Part shown: piece after piece, positions 1-9,397 of the stretch
Numbering within the stretch: the stretch's first letter is position 1
How the letters are laid out: each line of letters starts with the position of its first letter
Source: Armatimonadota bacterium
GTDB lineage: Bacteria > Armatimonadota > UBA10988
Assembly (NCBI GenBank): GCA_016183835.1
Contig: JACPDV010000037.1
Coordinates: forward strand, 1 to 36,324
Direction of reading: 5' to 3'
DNA length: 36,324 nucleotides
Position numbers and translations under genes: made by a program
The notes under the pieces: generated by a model
Seen by the model: only the letters and a program-made list of their open reading frames with translations
Told to the model about the DNA's origin: nothing
Databases searched by the model: none

Positions 1-663
1 CCCGAGTTCAAGCTGGCCGAGTGGGGGGTCAACCAGGACGGCTGGCGGCGCTGCTTCTTCAACGGCATTGGCTGGATCGGCACGGACTACGGCGTCGGAT
101 GGGAGGTCTTCCAGGTGCTGCGCGAGAACGGAGACGCCTTCGCCACGCTGCACCCGGAGCCCCTGGTTGCCACGCTCCAGTCGCACGTGCTCGCCAACCG
201 GTTCCCCGCGGCGGGCAAGGTGGTCTACACCCTGTACAACAAGAACTCGACGGCGGTGGCCGGCGACTTGCTCACGGTGCCGGGCGCGCCGGGCTGCCAC
301 TACGTCGAGCTGCGCTACGACCGCCCCGTCACCGCGCGCCACGACAGGGGCCGCGACACGCTGGCGCTGGACGTGCTGCCGACCGACGTGGTCTGCCTGG
401 CGCAGTTGCCGAGCCTGCTCCAAGCCCGGGCGGAAGGCGGCGTGGTGCGAATCCGTGTCACCGGCAAGGCGGACAAGGGGGTGTTGTGGGCGTTCCTCGA
501 CCGCGACGACAGCCACCTGCTGCAGCCCACCGGCCGGCCGGTGCCGGTGCGCGACGGGGTGGCCGAGCTGAACGTGCGCGAAGTGTTCGGGCGGGACGGG
601 CGGGTGATTCTCAAGCTGGTGCGCGATCAGCACCTGCTCGACGAAGTGGTGCTCGGGGCGTAG
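1..663 (+). CDS. hypothetical protein, C-terminal fragment (5' end lies outside the window)
   Basis: Frame 1 is open from base 1 (PEFKLAEWGVNQDGW...). It runs through the listed 115..663 ORF to TAG at 661-663. Amino-acid composition is normal, unlike the Arg/Pro/Gly-rich overlapping ORFs (21..1664, 68..571). No family recognised. Confidence 0.6.
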   Translation, partial: PEFKLAEWGVNQDGWRRCFFNGIGWIGTDYGVGWEVFQVLRENGDAFATLHPEPLVATLQSHVLANRFPAAGKVVYTLYNKNSTAVAGDLLTVPGAPGCHYVELRYDRPVTARHDRGRDTLALDVLPTDVVCLAQLPSLLQARAEGGVVRIRVTGKADKGVLWAFLDRDDSHLLQPTGRPVPVRDGVAELNVREVFGRDGRVILKLVRDQHLLDEVVLGA

Positions 664-682
664 GGGGCGCGGGGCGGCGAAG

Positions 683-2021
683 TCACGACAGGCCCGCCAG
701 GATCCGCTCGGCCGCCGCCGCCAGGTCGTCGGCCACGCACACCCCGGCCAGTCGGCCGTGCCGGCGCAGCCGGGCCTCCGTGCTCGCGCCGCCGCCGGTC
801 CGCACCAGGATCGGCGTCACCCCCGCCGCCGCACCGGCCGCCAGGTCGCCCTCGTGGTCGCCGACCATGAACGAGCGGCTCAGATCGAGCCCCATCCGCC
901 GCCCGCAGGAGGTAGTCCGGCCGCGGCTTGCCGTGCGGGTCGTCCGCCAGGCTCGGGTGCACCGCCCAGCTTCCGGCCCCGGTGCTGAAGTAGTACGCAT
1001 CCCAGCTCGCGCCGTCCGCGGCCAGCGCCCGCGCCAGGTGGTCGAAGACGCTGCTGACCACGGCCGTGGTCACGTACCCGGCGCCCACCGCACTCTGCGA
1101 GCTGACCACCACCAGGGCGTAGCCGGCCTCCTTCAGACTGCGGAGCGCGGTGCCGGCGCCGGGCATCGGCGTCAACTCCTCCGGCCCGCTCCGCCAGCTC
1201 GGCTGCACGTTGAGCACCCCGTCGCGGTCGAGGAAGACGCACGGCCGGCCCTGCTCCACCGGGCGATCGAGCAGCGGCACTTCGGTCATCGTCACGGTGC
1301 CGCTCGCCACGTCGAACAGCCGGTAACGATGCGGGAACTCGCAGAACGCGGGGGCGGTGGTGAAGGCGCAGCCGCCCTCGCGGAGCAGCTCGGTGCCGAG
1401 GTGGTAGTGCCCCGAGACGGCCAGGACGACGCGCCCGGAGTCCGCCAGCGTGCGCGTCAGGTGTTCGCCTTCGAGGTAGGTGTGCGGCCAGCCCTGGTTC
1501 AGCTCGGGCGTGATGACGTAGTGCTGGAGGTGGATCTGCGGCGGCGAACCGGGCTCGGCGAGGACCCGCTCGAGCAGTGCGCGCTCACGGTCGAGCCGGC
1601 GCGGTACGTTGGCGTAGAAGTCGCGGTCCCAGAAGCTGACGAACCGGCACCCGCCGCGGTCTAGAACGGGCGCGGGCGGGAGGACGCCTTGCATGACGGC
1701 GATCTTGTCATGGTTGCCGGGGAGCGCCACCCAGGGCAGCCCGCAGCCGTCGAGCAGCTCCCTGAAGAGGTGGTAGTCGGCCTCGATGTCACGGTCCCAC
1801 TGCTCGCGGCCGTAGTCGTAGTAGTCGTCGCCGGAGAGGATGTAGCCGGGCACGTCGAGCAGGTCGCCGAGGACAGCGATCAGCTCGGCGCCGCGTTCGC
1901 GGGCGTCGCGGAGGCCCTGCTGGAAGAGCCGAGGCATGAGCCGGCTGCGGCGCGCGGCGATGCTGCTGGTGCCCGGCTGGTGGCAACGGGCGTGGAGGTC
2001 GGCGAAGGCGGCGAAACGCAT
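683..2021 (-). pseudogene. metallophosphoesterase fused to a GmhB-like HAD phosphatase; reading frame broken by a 1-nt indel near 893-908
   Basis: The N-terminal half has calcineurin-like motifs (MRFAAFADLH, GDLLD, GNHD, SGHYH). It is followed by HAD motifs FLDRDGVLN, SSQSAV and GKPRP in the 627..2099 ORF. HAD motif IV (FMVGDHEGD) and a natural C-terminus continue in a different frame (ORF 683..1000). On the minus strand the joint reads ...ctgcgggcggcggatggggctc... The start was chosen at ATG 2021 (MRFAAFADLH) rather than 2099. Confidence 0.75.
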
Positions 2022-2069
2022 GGGGGGAGGTATCGTCGACGGCGGCCGGACCTCCTCCTCGGTTTCGGC

Positions 2070-2075
2070 TATACT
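2070..2075 (+). promoter_or_regulatory. candidate -10 box TATACT upstream of the heparinase-like gene
   Basis: This is an AT island within the 76-bp divergent intergenic region, 22 nt upstream of ATG 2098. GGAG at 2087-2090 is a plausible SD. The same 11-mer GCTATACTCGG recurs upstream of nagB. Confidence 0.3.
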
Positions 2076-2097
2076 CGGTGGGGCGGCGGAGCGAGAC

Positions 2098-4497
2098 ATG
2101 GGCCACTGGCTGGTCGGCCCGGCGCTGATTGTGTGCGCCTCGGCGCTGGCGCTGGACCTGGACGAGCGGCCGCGCGGGGCCGGTGAATGGGGCTATCGTC
2201 CCGAGCCGGGCTCCGCGGCGGAGACCACGCCACCCGGCTTCGTCTGGCGGCCGACCCGGGGCGTGGCGACCTGGGAGCTGGAGGTCGGCCGAGGCGACGA
2301 TTTCGAAGCAGTCGTCTACCGGGCAGAGAAGCTCCGCTACAACGTCCACTGCCCGCCAGAGGCGTTCCCGCCCGGCAGCTACACCTGGCGCTATCGCGGG
2401 ACCGGAGCGGACGGCGAAACCACTGCCTGGAGCCAGGCGCGCACCTTCACCGTGCGCCCGGGCACGCCGGAGCTGCCGCTCCCGCCGCGCGACGAGCTGC
2501 TGGCCAGGATCCCCACGGAGCACCCGCGCCTGTTCATCCGCCCCGAGCAGCTCGACTCGCTCCGGCGCCGGATCGACGGCGACCTCAAGCCGCAGTACGA
2601 CGGGCTGGCGGCCGAGTGCAAGAAGCTCGTCGCCGCCCCGCCGCCCACGGCGGAGCCGCCCAAGTACCCCGACGGGACGGTCCGCGGCTCCGACCCCTGG
2701 CGGGCGGTCTGGTGGGGCAACCGGGAGTACACCAGCCGCGCCCTCAACGGTGCCGCCACGCTGGCCTTCTGCTGGCGGCTGGACGGCAACGAAGCCTACG
2801 GGCAACTGGCGCGCCGGATCCTGGTCGACTGCCTCCACTGGGACCCCGTCGGCGCCACCGGCTACCGCTACAACGACGAGGCCGGGATGCCCTACAACTG
2901 GGGCGTCAGCCGCACCTACACCTTCGTCCATCCGCTGCTGACCGAGGACGAGCGCGCCCTCGCCCGGCGCGTGATGAAGGTCCGCGGCGACGAGATGTAC
3001 CGGCACCTCTACCCCAAGCAGTTCTGGACGCCCTACGACAGCCACGCCAATCGCGCCTGGCACAAGCTGGGAGAGATCGGGATCGCCTTCCTCGGCGAGG
3101 TCGAGGGCGCCGATGAATGGGTCTGGTTCGCCGTCAACGAGTTCTTCAACACCTACCCCGTGTGGAGCGACGACGACGGCGGGTGGCACGAAGGCGTGTC
3201 CTACTGGTCCAGCTACCAGTCGCGCTTCACCTGGTGGGCGGACGTGATGCGCGCCGCGATGGGCATCGACGCCTACCACAAGCCGTACTTCGCCAAGGTC
3301 GGCTACTACCCGATGTACCTGCTGCCGCCCAACACCGCCGACGGTGGGTTCGGCGACCTGACTGAGAACGTCAAGAGCCGCAGCTACGCCAACCTGGTGG
3401 CCAACTTCGCGGCGCAGGCCGGCAACGGCCACTGGCAGTGGTGGGTGGCGCAGCATGGGGACCCGGCGCAGTTCCGCGACGCCGGGTACGTCGGCTTCGT
3501 CCGCGGCGCCCGCCAGCCGGTGGCGCCCACGCCTCCCACCGACCTGCCCACCTCGCGCCTGTTCCGCGGCATCGGCCAGGCCATGCTCAACACCACCTTG
3601 GAGGACGGCAACCAGAACGTGCAGGTGCTGTTCAAGTCGAGCCCGTTCGGGAGCCAGTCACACGGCTACGAGGCGCAGAACTCGTTCCTCCTCTGGGCCT
3701 ACGGCCAGCGGCTCCTGATCCGCACCGGGCGGCGCGACAGCTACGGCAGCGAGCACCACGCCAAGTGGATGTGGTCCACCCGCTCGGTCAACAACCTGAC
3801 CGTGGACGGCGTGGGCCAGCGGTCCCACAGCGCAGGCTCCCGCGGCGAAGTGACCGCGTTCATCACCACCCCGTCGCTGGACGCCGTGGCCGGCGAGGCG
3901 GGCAACACCTACCGCCAGACGCGCGAGGGGAAGGACTCGCCGCTCCTCCGGCGCTTCACCCGCACCGTCCTCTTCGCCAAACCGGAGCTGGTGGTGATCT
4001 ACGATCGTGTCGCGGCGGACGAGGCGCACCGCTGCGAGTACTGGCTCCATGCGCTGAACCGGATCGAGACGCCGGACCAGCACAGCTTGCTGGTGTCAGC
4101 CGGGGAGGTGCGCTGCGCCATCGACTTCCTGACGCCTGCGGGCCTGACGTTCAGGCAGACCGATCAGTACGACCCGAACCCGCGCGAGCGGGTGACGGTG
4201 CGCGAGTGGCACCTCACGGCGACGGCCGAGCCGCGGGAGCAGGTGGAGTTCGTGACCCTCTACAGGCCCTACCGCGCCGGTCAGGAGCCACCGCGCGACG
4301 CCACCTTGACCCCGCTCGACGGCGGCTACGCACTGCGCGTGAAGCTGACCGACGGTGAGCTGGCGGCGCTCCTGCCGAGGCGCGACGATGCGAAGCTCGC
4401 TGCCGTGGGGCTCGAGACCACGGGCGTGGTGGCCGCCGAACGACGCGACCCGGCGGGCAGAGCGCGTGACCGGGTGAGGCTCGATCGGTTGCCCTGA
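2098..4497 (+). CDS. secreted heparinase II/III-like polysaccharide lyase family protein (DUF4962-type N-terminus plus Hepar_II_III C-terminal region)
   Basis: The start was chosen at MGHWLVGPALIVCASALALD (signal-peptide-like), preceded by GGAG. The N-terminal pattern (PPGFVWRP...WELEVG...YTWRYR) and the later SPFGSQSHGYEAQNSF...HHAKWMWSTRSVNNLTVDG resemble heparinase II/III-like and alginate-lyase-like proteins. Confidence 0.8.
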   Translation: MGHWLVGPALIVCASALALDLDERPRGAGEWGYRPEPGSAAETTPPGFVWRPTRGVATWELEVGRGDDFEAVVYRAEKLRYNVHCPPEAFPPGSYTWRYRGTGADGETTAWSQARTFTVRPGTPELPLPPRDELLARIPTEHPRLFIRPEQLDSLRRRIDGDLKPQYDGLAAECKKLVAAPPPTAEPPKYPDGTVRGSDPWRAVWWGNREYTSRALNGAATLAFCWRLDGNEAYGQLARRILVDCLHWDPVGATGYRYNDEAGMPYNWGVSRTYTFVHPLLTEDERALARRVMKVRGDEMYRHLYPKQFWTPYDSHANRAWHKLGEIGIAFLGEVEGADEWVWFAVNEFFNTYPVWSDDDGGWHEGVSYWSSYQSRFTWWADVMRAAMGIDAYHKPYFAKVGYYPMYLLPPNTADGGFGDLTENVKSRSYANLVANFAAQAGNGHWQWWVAQHGDPAQFRDAGYVGFVRGARQPVAPTPPTDLPTSRLFRGIGQAMLNTTLEDGNQNVQVLFKSSPFGSQSHGYEAQNSFLLWAYGQRLLIRTGRRDSYGSEHHAKWMWSTRSVNNLTVDGVGQRSHSAGSRGEVTAFITTPSLDAVAGEAGNTYRQTREGKDSPLLRRFTRTVLFAKPELVVIYDRVAADEAHRCEYWLHALNRIETPDQHSLLVSAGEVRCAIDFLTPAGLTFRQTDQYDPNPRERVTVREWHLTATAEPREQVEFVTLYRPYRAGQEPPRDATLTPLDGGYALRVKLTDGELAALLPRRDDAKLAAVGLETTGVVAAERRDPAGRARDRVRLDRLP

Positions 4498-4501
4498 ACC
4501 G

Positions 4502-6637
4502 CTACGGACGCAGCTCGCCCGCCAGGAACCGCTGCGCCAGCTCCGAGGCGGGCAGCGGCTCGCCCCGCAGCGCCTTGGCCACCGCGTCGGGATCGTGGAG
4601 CTGGGCGTAGCCGGCGCACGGGTAGAGGCTATCGCCGATGCGCCAGGTGACGGCCTTGGCCGCCGGCTCGCTGCCGTGCCAACGGCCGTCGGCCGTGGCG
4701 ACCAGCCACTCGCCGGGCTCATAGGCCACCAGCGAGGCGCGAAGGTCGCCGGTGACGGCGTCCCACAGGCGGGTCACACCGTCGCGCCCGGCGGCCGCGA
4801 TGGCCTTGCCATCGGGCGACACCGCCACCGCGCGGGAGCCGGCTGGCGGGCCGGGCAGCACGCCACGCGGCTTCCCGCCGGGCAGGTCCCAGAGGTGCAC
4901 GCCGAAAGGCCCTTGACCGGGAGATCCCGCCGATGCCGCCGCGAGCCAGGCGCCATCGGGAGCAAACGCCAGCGACAGGAAGCTGCCGTGAGCGCCCGTC
5001 AACTCGCCCCTGAGCGCCCCGTCGGCCGGGCCCCACAGCTTCACCTGCCCGTCACCGCCGCCACTGGCGAGCAGCATGCCGTCGGGGGCGAACGACAACG
5101 CGGCGGCCCTGTCCGTGTGGGCATCGATGGTCCGTAGCAGAGCGCCGGTCTCGGTCTCGTAGAGCCGGACGTCGCCGCGGTAGAACATGCCGTCGCGCCG
5201 CAAGCTCGCGGTGGCCGCGAGCCGCCCGTCGGGCGAGAGCGCCACGGCCATGACCGTCGACGGGTGGCCCGGCAGCTCGAGCAGCTTTGCGCCGGCGGCG
5301 GTGTCGAACAGCCTGGCCACCAAGTCACCGGAGGCGAGCAGCCGCGTGCCATCGCCGGAGAATGCCACCGACCCGACGCCGCGCTCCTGCACGGCGATGG
5401 TCCGCAGGACCTGCCCGGTAGCGGGCTCCACCAGGCGCACCACCCCGGGCCCGCCGCCCGAGGCGCAGGCGAGGACTCGTCCGTCGGGCGACAGCCGCAG
5501 GTCGGCCACGCGCTCGGGGAACCGGGCCAGGACGCGCACCACCGCGGCGCGCAGATCCCAGGCGCGCACAGCGCCGTCGTCGCCCGCGGTGATGAGCGCC
5601 GTGCCGTCGGGGCTGAACGCCAGCGCGGCGCTGCCGAGCTTCGGCGGGTCGAGGCGGCGGACCGCCCCGCCGTCGGCCGGCTGCCAGAGCAGGATGGACC
5701 CGGAGCCCACCGCCACTGTCAGGCCACCGGGCAGGAAGGCCAGCGGCCCGGCCACTCCGGGCTCGACGAGCCGAGCCACCGGCTTCAGCGTGGCCACGTC
5801 CCAGAGGAACAGCTCGTCTCGGCTGCCGCCGGCGGTGGAGGCCAGGCGCGCGCCATCGGGGGAGTACGCCAGCGAACGGACGGTCTGGTTCCGGGTGTGA
5901 CCCTCCAGCCGCCCACGCTCCGACCAGGTGGCGGTGTCCCACAGCACGATCACCGTGCCCAGCGGCCCGCTTGCAGCCAGGGTGGCGCCGTCGGGCGAGA
6001 AGGCCAGCCCATCGACGTAGTCGCGCTCGTCGCCCAGTTGCCGGACCAGCCTCCCGGTGGCAGCATCCCACATGCGCAGCCCGGACGGCCCCGCCCCGAC
6101 GCCGCAACCGCTGGCCAGCCGCTTGCCATCGGGCGAAAACGCCAGCGCCTGGATGCGCACTTGCGGGTGCGGGCCGCAGGTCGCCACCACCTGACCCGAC
6201 CCCCGGTCCCAGACGAAGACCTGCCCGCCGACCGCCGCCGCCACGCGTTGCCCATCCGCGGAGACAGCCACGGCATGCGTGGCGCCGATGTCGCCCGGCG
6301 GGCCGGTGCGGCCCTCGGGCCGTGGCGGCTCGAGCGTCCGGAGCAGGCTTCCGGTCTCGGGATCCCACACTCGTACGGTCCCGTTCGGTCCGCCGCAGGC
6401 GACGAGACGGCCGCCGGGGTCAAAGGCCACAGTGGTGGACTCGGCGGCCTGAGCCCGCACCGGCCGGTTGGCCCCGTTCGCCAGGTCCCAGAGCCGCAGG
6501 TCGCCGTCGCGGCCCGTGGTGGCCGCCAACTTCCCGTCTGGCGCCAGCGCCAGGCTCGTGATCCCGCCCAGATGGCTGCTCGGCGGCACCAGCTCCGGAG
6601 GTGCACCAGCCAGCAGCACCACAAAAGTCCAGACCAT
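4502..6637 (-). CDS. WD40-repeat protein (multi-blade, probably two beta-propellers) with an N-terminal hydrophobic signal/anchor
   Basis: More than 12 repeats of the type (S/A)(L/V)AFSPDG..LA(S/T)...DG.(V/L)RLWD. The start was chosen at MVWTFVVLLAG (ATG 6637), 21 nt after the stop of the upstream gene. The listed ORF extension to 6871 overlaps that gene and is Gly/Arg-rich. Confidence 0.85.
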   Translation of the reverse strand: MVWTFVVLLAGAPPELVPPSSHLGGITSLALAPDGKLAATTGRDGDLRLWDLANGANRPVRAQAAESTTVAFDPGGRLVACGGPNGTVRVWDPETGSLLRTLEPPRPEGRTGPPGDIGATHAVAVSADGQRVAAAVGGQVFVWDRGSGQVVATCGPHPQVRIQALAFSPDGKRLASGCGVGAGPSGLRMWDAATGRLVRQLGDERDYVDGLAFSPDGATLAASGPLGTVIVLWDTATWSERGRLEGHTRNQTVRSLAYSPDGARLASTAGGSRDELFLWDVATLKPVARLVEPGVAGPLAFLPGGLTVAVGSGSILLWQPADGGAVRRLDPPKLGSAALAFSPDGTALITAGDDGAVRAWDLRAAVVRVLARFPERVADLRLSPDGRVLACASGGGPGVVRLVEPATGQVLRTIAVQERGVGSVAFSGDGTRLLASGDLVARLFDTAAGAKLLELPGHPSTVMAVALSPDGRLAATASLRRDGMFYRGDVRLYETETGALLRTIDAHTDRAAALSFAPDGMLLASGGGDGQVKLWGPADGALRGELTGAHGSFLSLAFAPDGAWLAAASAGSPGQGPFGVHLWDLPGGKPRGVLPGPPAGSRAVAVSPDGKAIAAAGRDGVTRLWDAVTGDLRASLVAYEPGEWLVATADGRWHGSEPAAKAVTWRIGDSLYPCAGYAQLHDPDAVAKALRGEPLPASELAQRFLAGELRP

Positions 6638-6657
6638 CGTCCTACCCCCGGCCGGCC

Positions 6658-9300
6658 TCAGGGCACCGGCACCACCTGGAACAGGTCCACCCACATCACC
6701 CCCGCCGTCGCCGGCCGGTAGCTGACGTAAGCGTGCGGCTGGTCCTTGGCCACCGTGCCCGTCACCACGCACTCCGTCCACCCGGTGCCCACGTCGAACC
6801 GGCGGTCCGGCTGCTCCATGCCCGGCACGCTCAGCGCCAGCTTGCCCCCCGCGCGGTCGCTCTTCGCCCACAGGCTGACGCGCAGCTTCTGCCCGGCCTG
6901 GAAGTGGATCGGGAAGGCCGACAGCCCCATCCCGCCCCCGTCCGCCGGCGTCACGAAGCGGACCGAGTGCCGCCCCTGGTACGCGACCCGCGAGTCCACG
7001 TGGATCGACGCGCCGTCTTTGCCGGCGTTCGCGTAGTAGCCGTCCGGCTTGCCCACGTTGAACTGCTGCTCGCAGCCCGGGTTCTTGGTCAGGTTCTTGG
7101 GGTCCACGCCGGCGTTCGGATCCTCCGGCCGGAGCGGGATGCGGTAGACGCGCGTCCCGAAGCCGTCGATATAGTCGTCGATGGCCCCGCCCTTGACGGC
7201 GATGGTCCGGTTCTCGAACTGCACCGTGGCGGTCGTGTCGGGCGCGCCGGCGATGGTCAGGTGGAGCGGCGCCGGCTCGTTGGCCGCGTTGACCGCGGCC
7301 ACAGTGAGCGCGTCGGCGGTGGCCCAGCCGCGGGCGTGGATCCGGGTATCGGAGGCGTGCACCTCGGGCGCCGGGAGCGGGGAGAGGAGGTCCGGCGTCA
7401 GCTCGGCCACCTCGTCAGCCATGTCGCGGCATGCGCTCCACATCCGCGTGCAGAACGGCCGCACGCCGTCCAGCACGCGCATGAAGTACTGCACGCCGGT
7501 GGCGCCGTGGACGATGCCCAGCCAGGTCATCGCCCGCTCCTCCTGCGCGCTGGGTTCGCGGGCCCACCACTCGCCGCCGCCGAAGGCCTGCGGCACCACC
7601 CACACCGGCGGCAGGTGGCCGAGCGAGTCGTCCAGCCCGGTGATGGCGCCCGCCACATTGGTCACCGGCCCGTTGGGGATGGGATAGGGGTCGGTCATGA
7701 CGATGTCCATCCCCGGCGCGTAGTCCGGCGCCTGGCGCGGGTCGGCGAAGACCATCGTGCAGGGATGGTAGGGGTCCAGCTCCTTGACGAAGCGGTAGGC
7801 CTTCGCCATCAGCTCCGGCGGCTGGCTCCCGCGCTGCAGCTCGGGCTCGTCGGCGAGGTACCAGCAGAGCAGCGCCGGGTGGCTGCGCACCGCCTCCACC
7901 TCGCGCTTCAACAGGTCCCACTTGGCCGGCGTGTCGGGCATCGTGGCGATGGGGCGGATGTCGTAGTGCACCCGGAAGCCCAGCGCGGCGCAACGGTCGA
8001 GCGCCGCCAGCATCTCCTCCTGCGCGCCCGCCTGGTTGAAGTTGGTGCTCCGGTAGGGCGCCAAGTGGGTGAAGCTCATGGTGGCCTCTTCGAGCGCCAC
8101 GGCCTGCGGCGGGTGGAAGCAGTAGGCGCCGAAGGGGAAGGTAGGGATGCCGTCGACCAGCAGCCCGCGCGAGGCGAGGTCGATCTTCACCTCGTGCTCG
8201 GCCGGCGGCGCCTTGCGCACGGTGGTGGCGGCCTCGGCCACCAGCCGCTGCCCAAGGAAGAGCCGGGCCGTCAGCTCCGTGGCGCCGTCGGGCAGCTTGC
8301 CCGGGTCGAACGGCAGCGGCGTGCGGCGGCCCGGCACCGGCACGCCCTCGAAGCTCAACCCGCCGCCGCTGACGGTCAGCCGGAGGCCCTCGGCCCGCAC
8401 GCCGGGCCGCACCAAGGCGAGCAGCGACGCGCCGGCCTCGCGGGTGTAGAGCGACCGGTCGGGCGTCACCTGGAACGGCGCCAGGACCTTCAGCGCCAGG
8501 CTGTCGCGCTGCCAGACCTCCTTCCCGGCGGCGGTGAGGGCGATCCTGAGCCGGTAGTCGCCGGGCACCGGGAGCGGCAGCTCGAGCCCGGTGACCCGCG
8601 GCTCGGCGGCCGGCGCGGCCTTCGCCTCGGCCACCACCGCCGCGGCGCCGGCGCGCGTGGCGGAGACTCTGACCGTGACCTCGCGCGGACCGTCGGCGGC
8701 GCGCGAGAGGCGGATCCCGGCGCGCAGCAGGCCGTCTTCGATGCTGTCCGGCAGCGCCAGGCCGCCGAGCACGAGCCCGCCCGCCTCCACCCGTGGCGGG
8801 CTGAACGTCAGCTCGAAGTGGAAGGTGTGCTCCTCGCCGACCGGGAGCCGCTCGTCGAAGCCGAGAAAGAAGGCGCCGCCGCGCTGCTCGTAGTCGTAGA
8901 GCGTGAGGCCCTTGTCGGCGCTGATCCGCAGGTTGCCGAAGATGCTCTGCAGGCTGATGGCCGTGGCGTTGACGAACGGGTTGCGGCGGGCCGGGTCGAA
9001 GGTGACCGGCACGACGGCCCGGAGCTGTCCGCCGCGGCCCTCGGTCTGGAAGTCGGCGCCGGCCCAGAAGCCCTCCGTGGGCTTCGCGAAGCCGAGTTGC
9101 AGCGCGCCGTCGTCCCACCGCGTCTGGCGGTAGCGGTAGTCGAGGGTGAGCTTCTCGCCCGGCCCGCTGGTGATGATCTGGGTGCACCGGAGACCGTCGT
9201 CGGGGAACTCGACGCGGAGGGTCTTACGGTCGGCGGCGGTCTCCAGCGTTGCGGTGGGCTGATGGGTGCTGCTGTTGTAGTATTGCCGGGTCCACTTCAC
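6658..9300 (-). CDS. glycoside hydrolase-like protein (clan GH-A-type TIM barrel) with a C-terminal CBM4/9-like carbohydrate-binding module
   Basis: The central region contains WYLADEP (an NEP-like acid/base motif) and PQAFGGGEWW. The C-terminal roughly 150 aa (NLTKNPGCE...GRHSVRF...WTECVVTG) look like a CBM4_9 domain. The listed start is GTG 9300 and gives no signal peptide. See the finding on a possible upstream start. Confidence 0.75.
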   Translation of the reverse strand: MKWTRQYYNSSTHQPTATLETAADRKTLRVEFPDDGLRCTQIITSGPGEKLTLDYRYRQTRWDDGALQLGFAKPTEGFWAGADFQTEGRGGQLRAVVPVTFDPARRNPFVNATAISLQSIFGNLRISADKGLTLYDYEQRGGAFFLGFDERLPVGEEHTFHFELTFSPPRVEAGGLVLGGLALPDSIEDGLLRAGIRLSRAADGPREVTVRVSATRAGAAAVVAEAKAAPAAEPRVTGLELPLPVPGDYRLRIALTAAGKEVWQRDSLALKVLAPFQVTPDRSLYTREAGASLLALVRPGVRAEGLRLTVSGGGLSFEGVPVPGRRTPLPFDPGKLPDGATELTARLFLGQRLVAEAATTVRKAPPAEHEVKIDLASRGLLVDGIPTFPFGAYCFHPPQAVALEEATMSFTHLAPYRSTNFNQAGAQEEMLAALDRCAALGFRVHYDIRPIATMPDTPAKWDLLKREVEAVRSHPALLCWYLADEPELQRGSQPPELMAKAYRFVKELDPYHPCTMVFADPRQAPDYAPGMDIVMTDPYPIPNGPVTNVAGAITGLDDSLGHLPPVWVVPQAFGGGEWWAREPSAQEERAMTWLGIVHGATGVQYFMRVLDGVRPFCTRMWSACRDMADEVAELTPDLLSPLPAPEVHASDTRIHARGWATADALTVAAVNAANEPAPLHLTIAGAPDTTATVQFENRTIAVKGGAIDDYIDGFGTRVYRIPLRPEDPNAGVDPKNLTKNPGCEQQFNVGKPDGYYANAGKDGASIHVDSRVAYQGRHSVRFVTPADGGGMGLSAFPIHFQAGQKLRVSLWAKSDRAGGKLALSVPGMEQPDRRFDVGTGWTECVVTGTVAKDQPHAYVSYRPATAGVMWVDLFQVVPVP

Positions 9301-9397
9301 GTCGTGGAGGGTCAGCTCGCTGGGATAGGCGGTGAAGGCGGGCCGCCCGAGGTAGGCGACGGCAGGAGCCAGAAGAGCACGCCACGTGACCGCATAT

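Noticed and set aside
893-908. Programmed ribosomal frameshifting as an explanation for the frame breaks at about 900, about 9370 and about 34610.
   Set aside because: There is no slippery heptamer or recognisable stimulatory structure at the sites. All three lie in plain G/C runs. Indel error or pseudogenisation is more parsimonious.
2021-2099. Upstream ATG at 2099 for the metallophosphoesterase fusion (MSRSAAPPSIAETEEEV...). Similar long N-terminal extensions appear on ORFs 4502..6871, 13097..14437, 15646..16851, 24802..26535, 24835..26175, 26540..27916 and 29720..33076.
   Set aside because: The extensions are low-complexity, overlap neighbouring genes or promoters, and precede internal starts. 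Those internal starts give canonical family N-termini or signal peptides with SD-like sequences.
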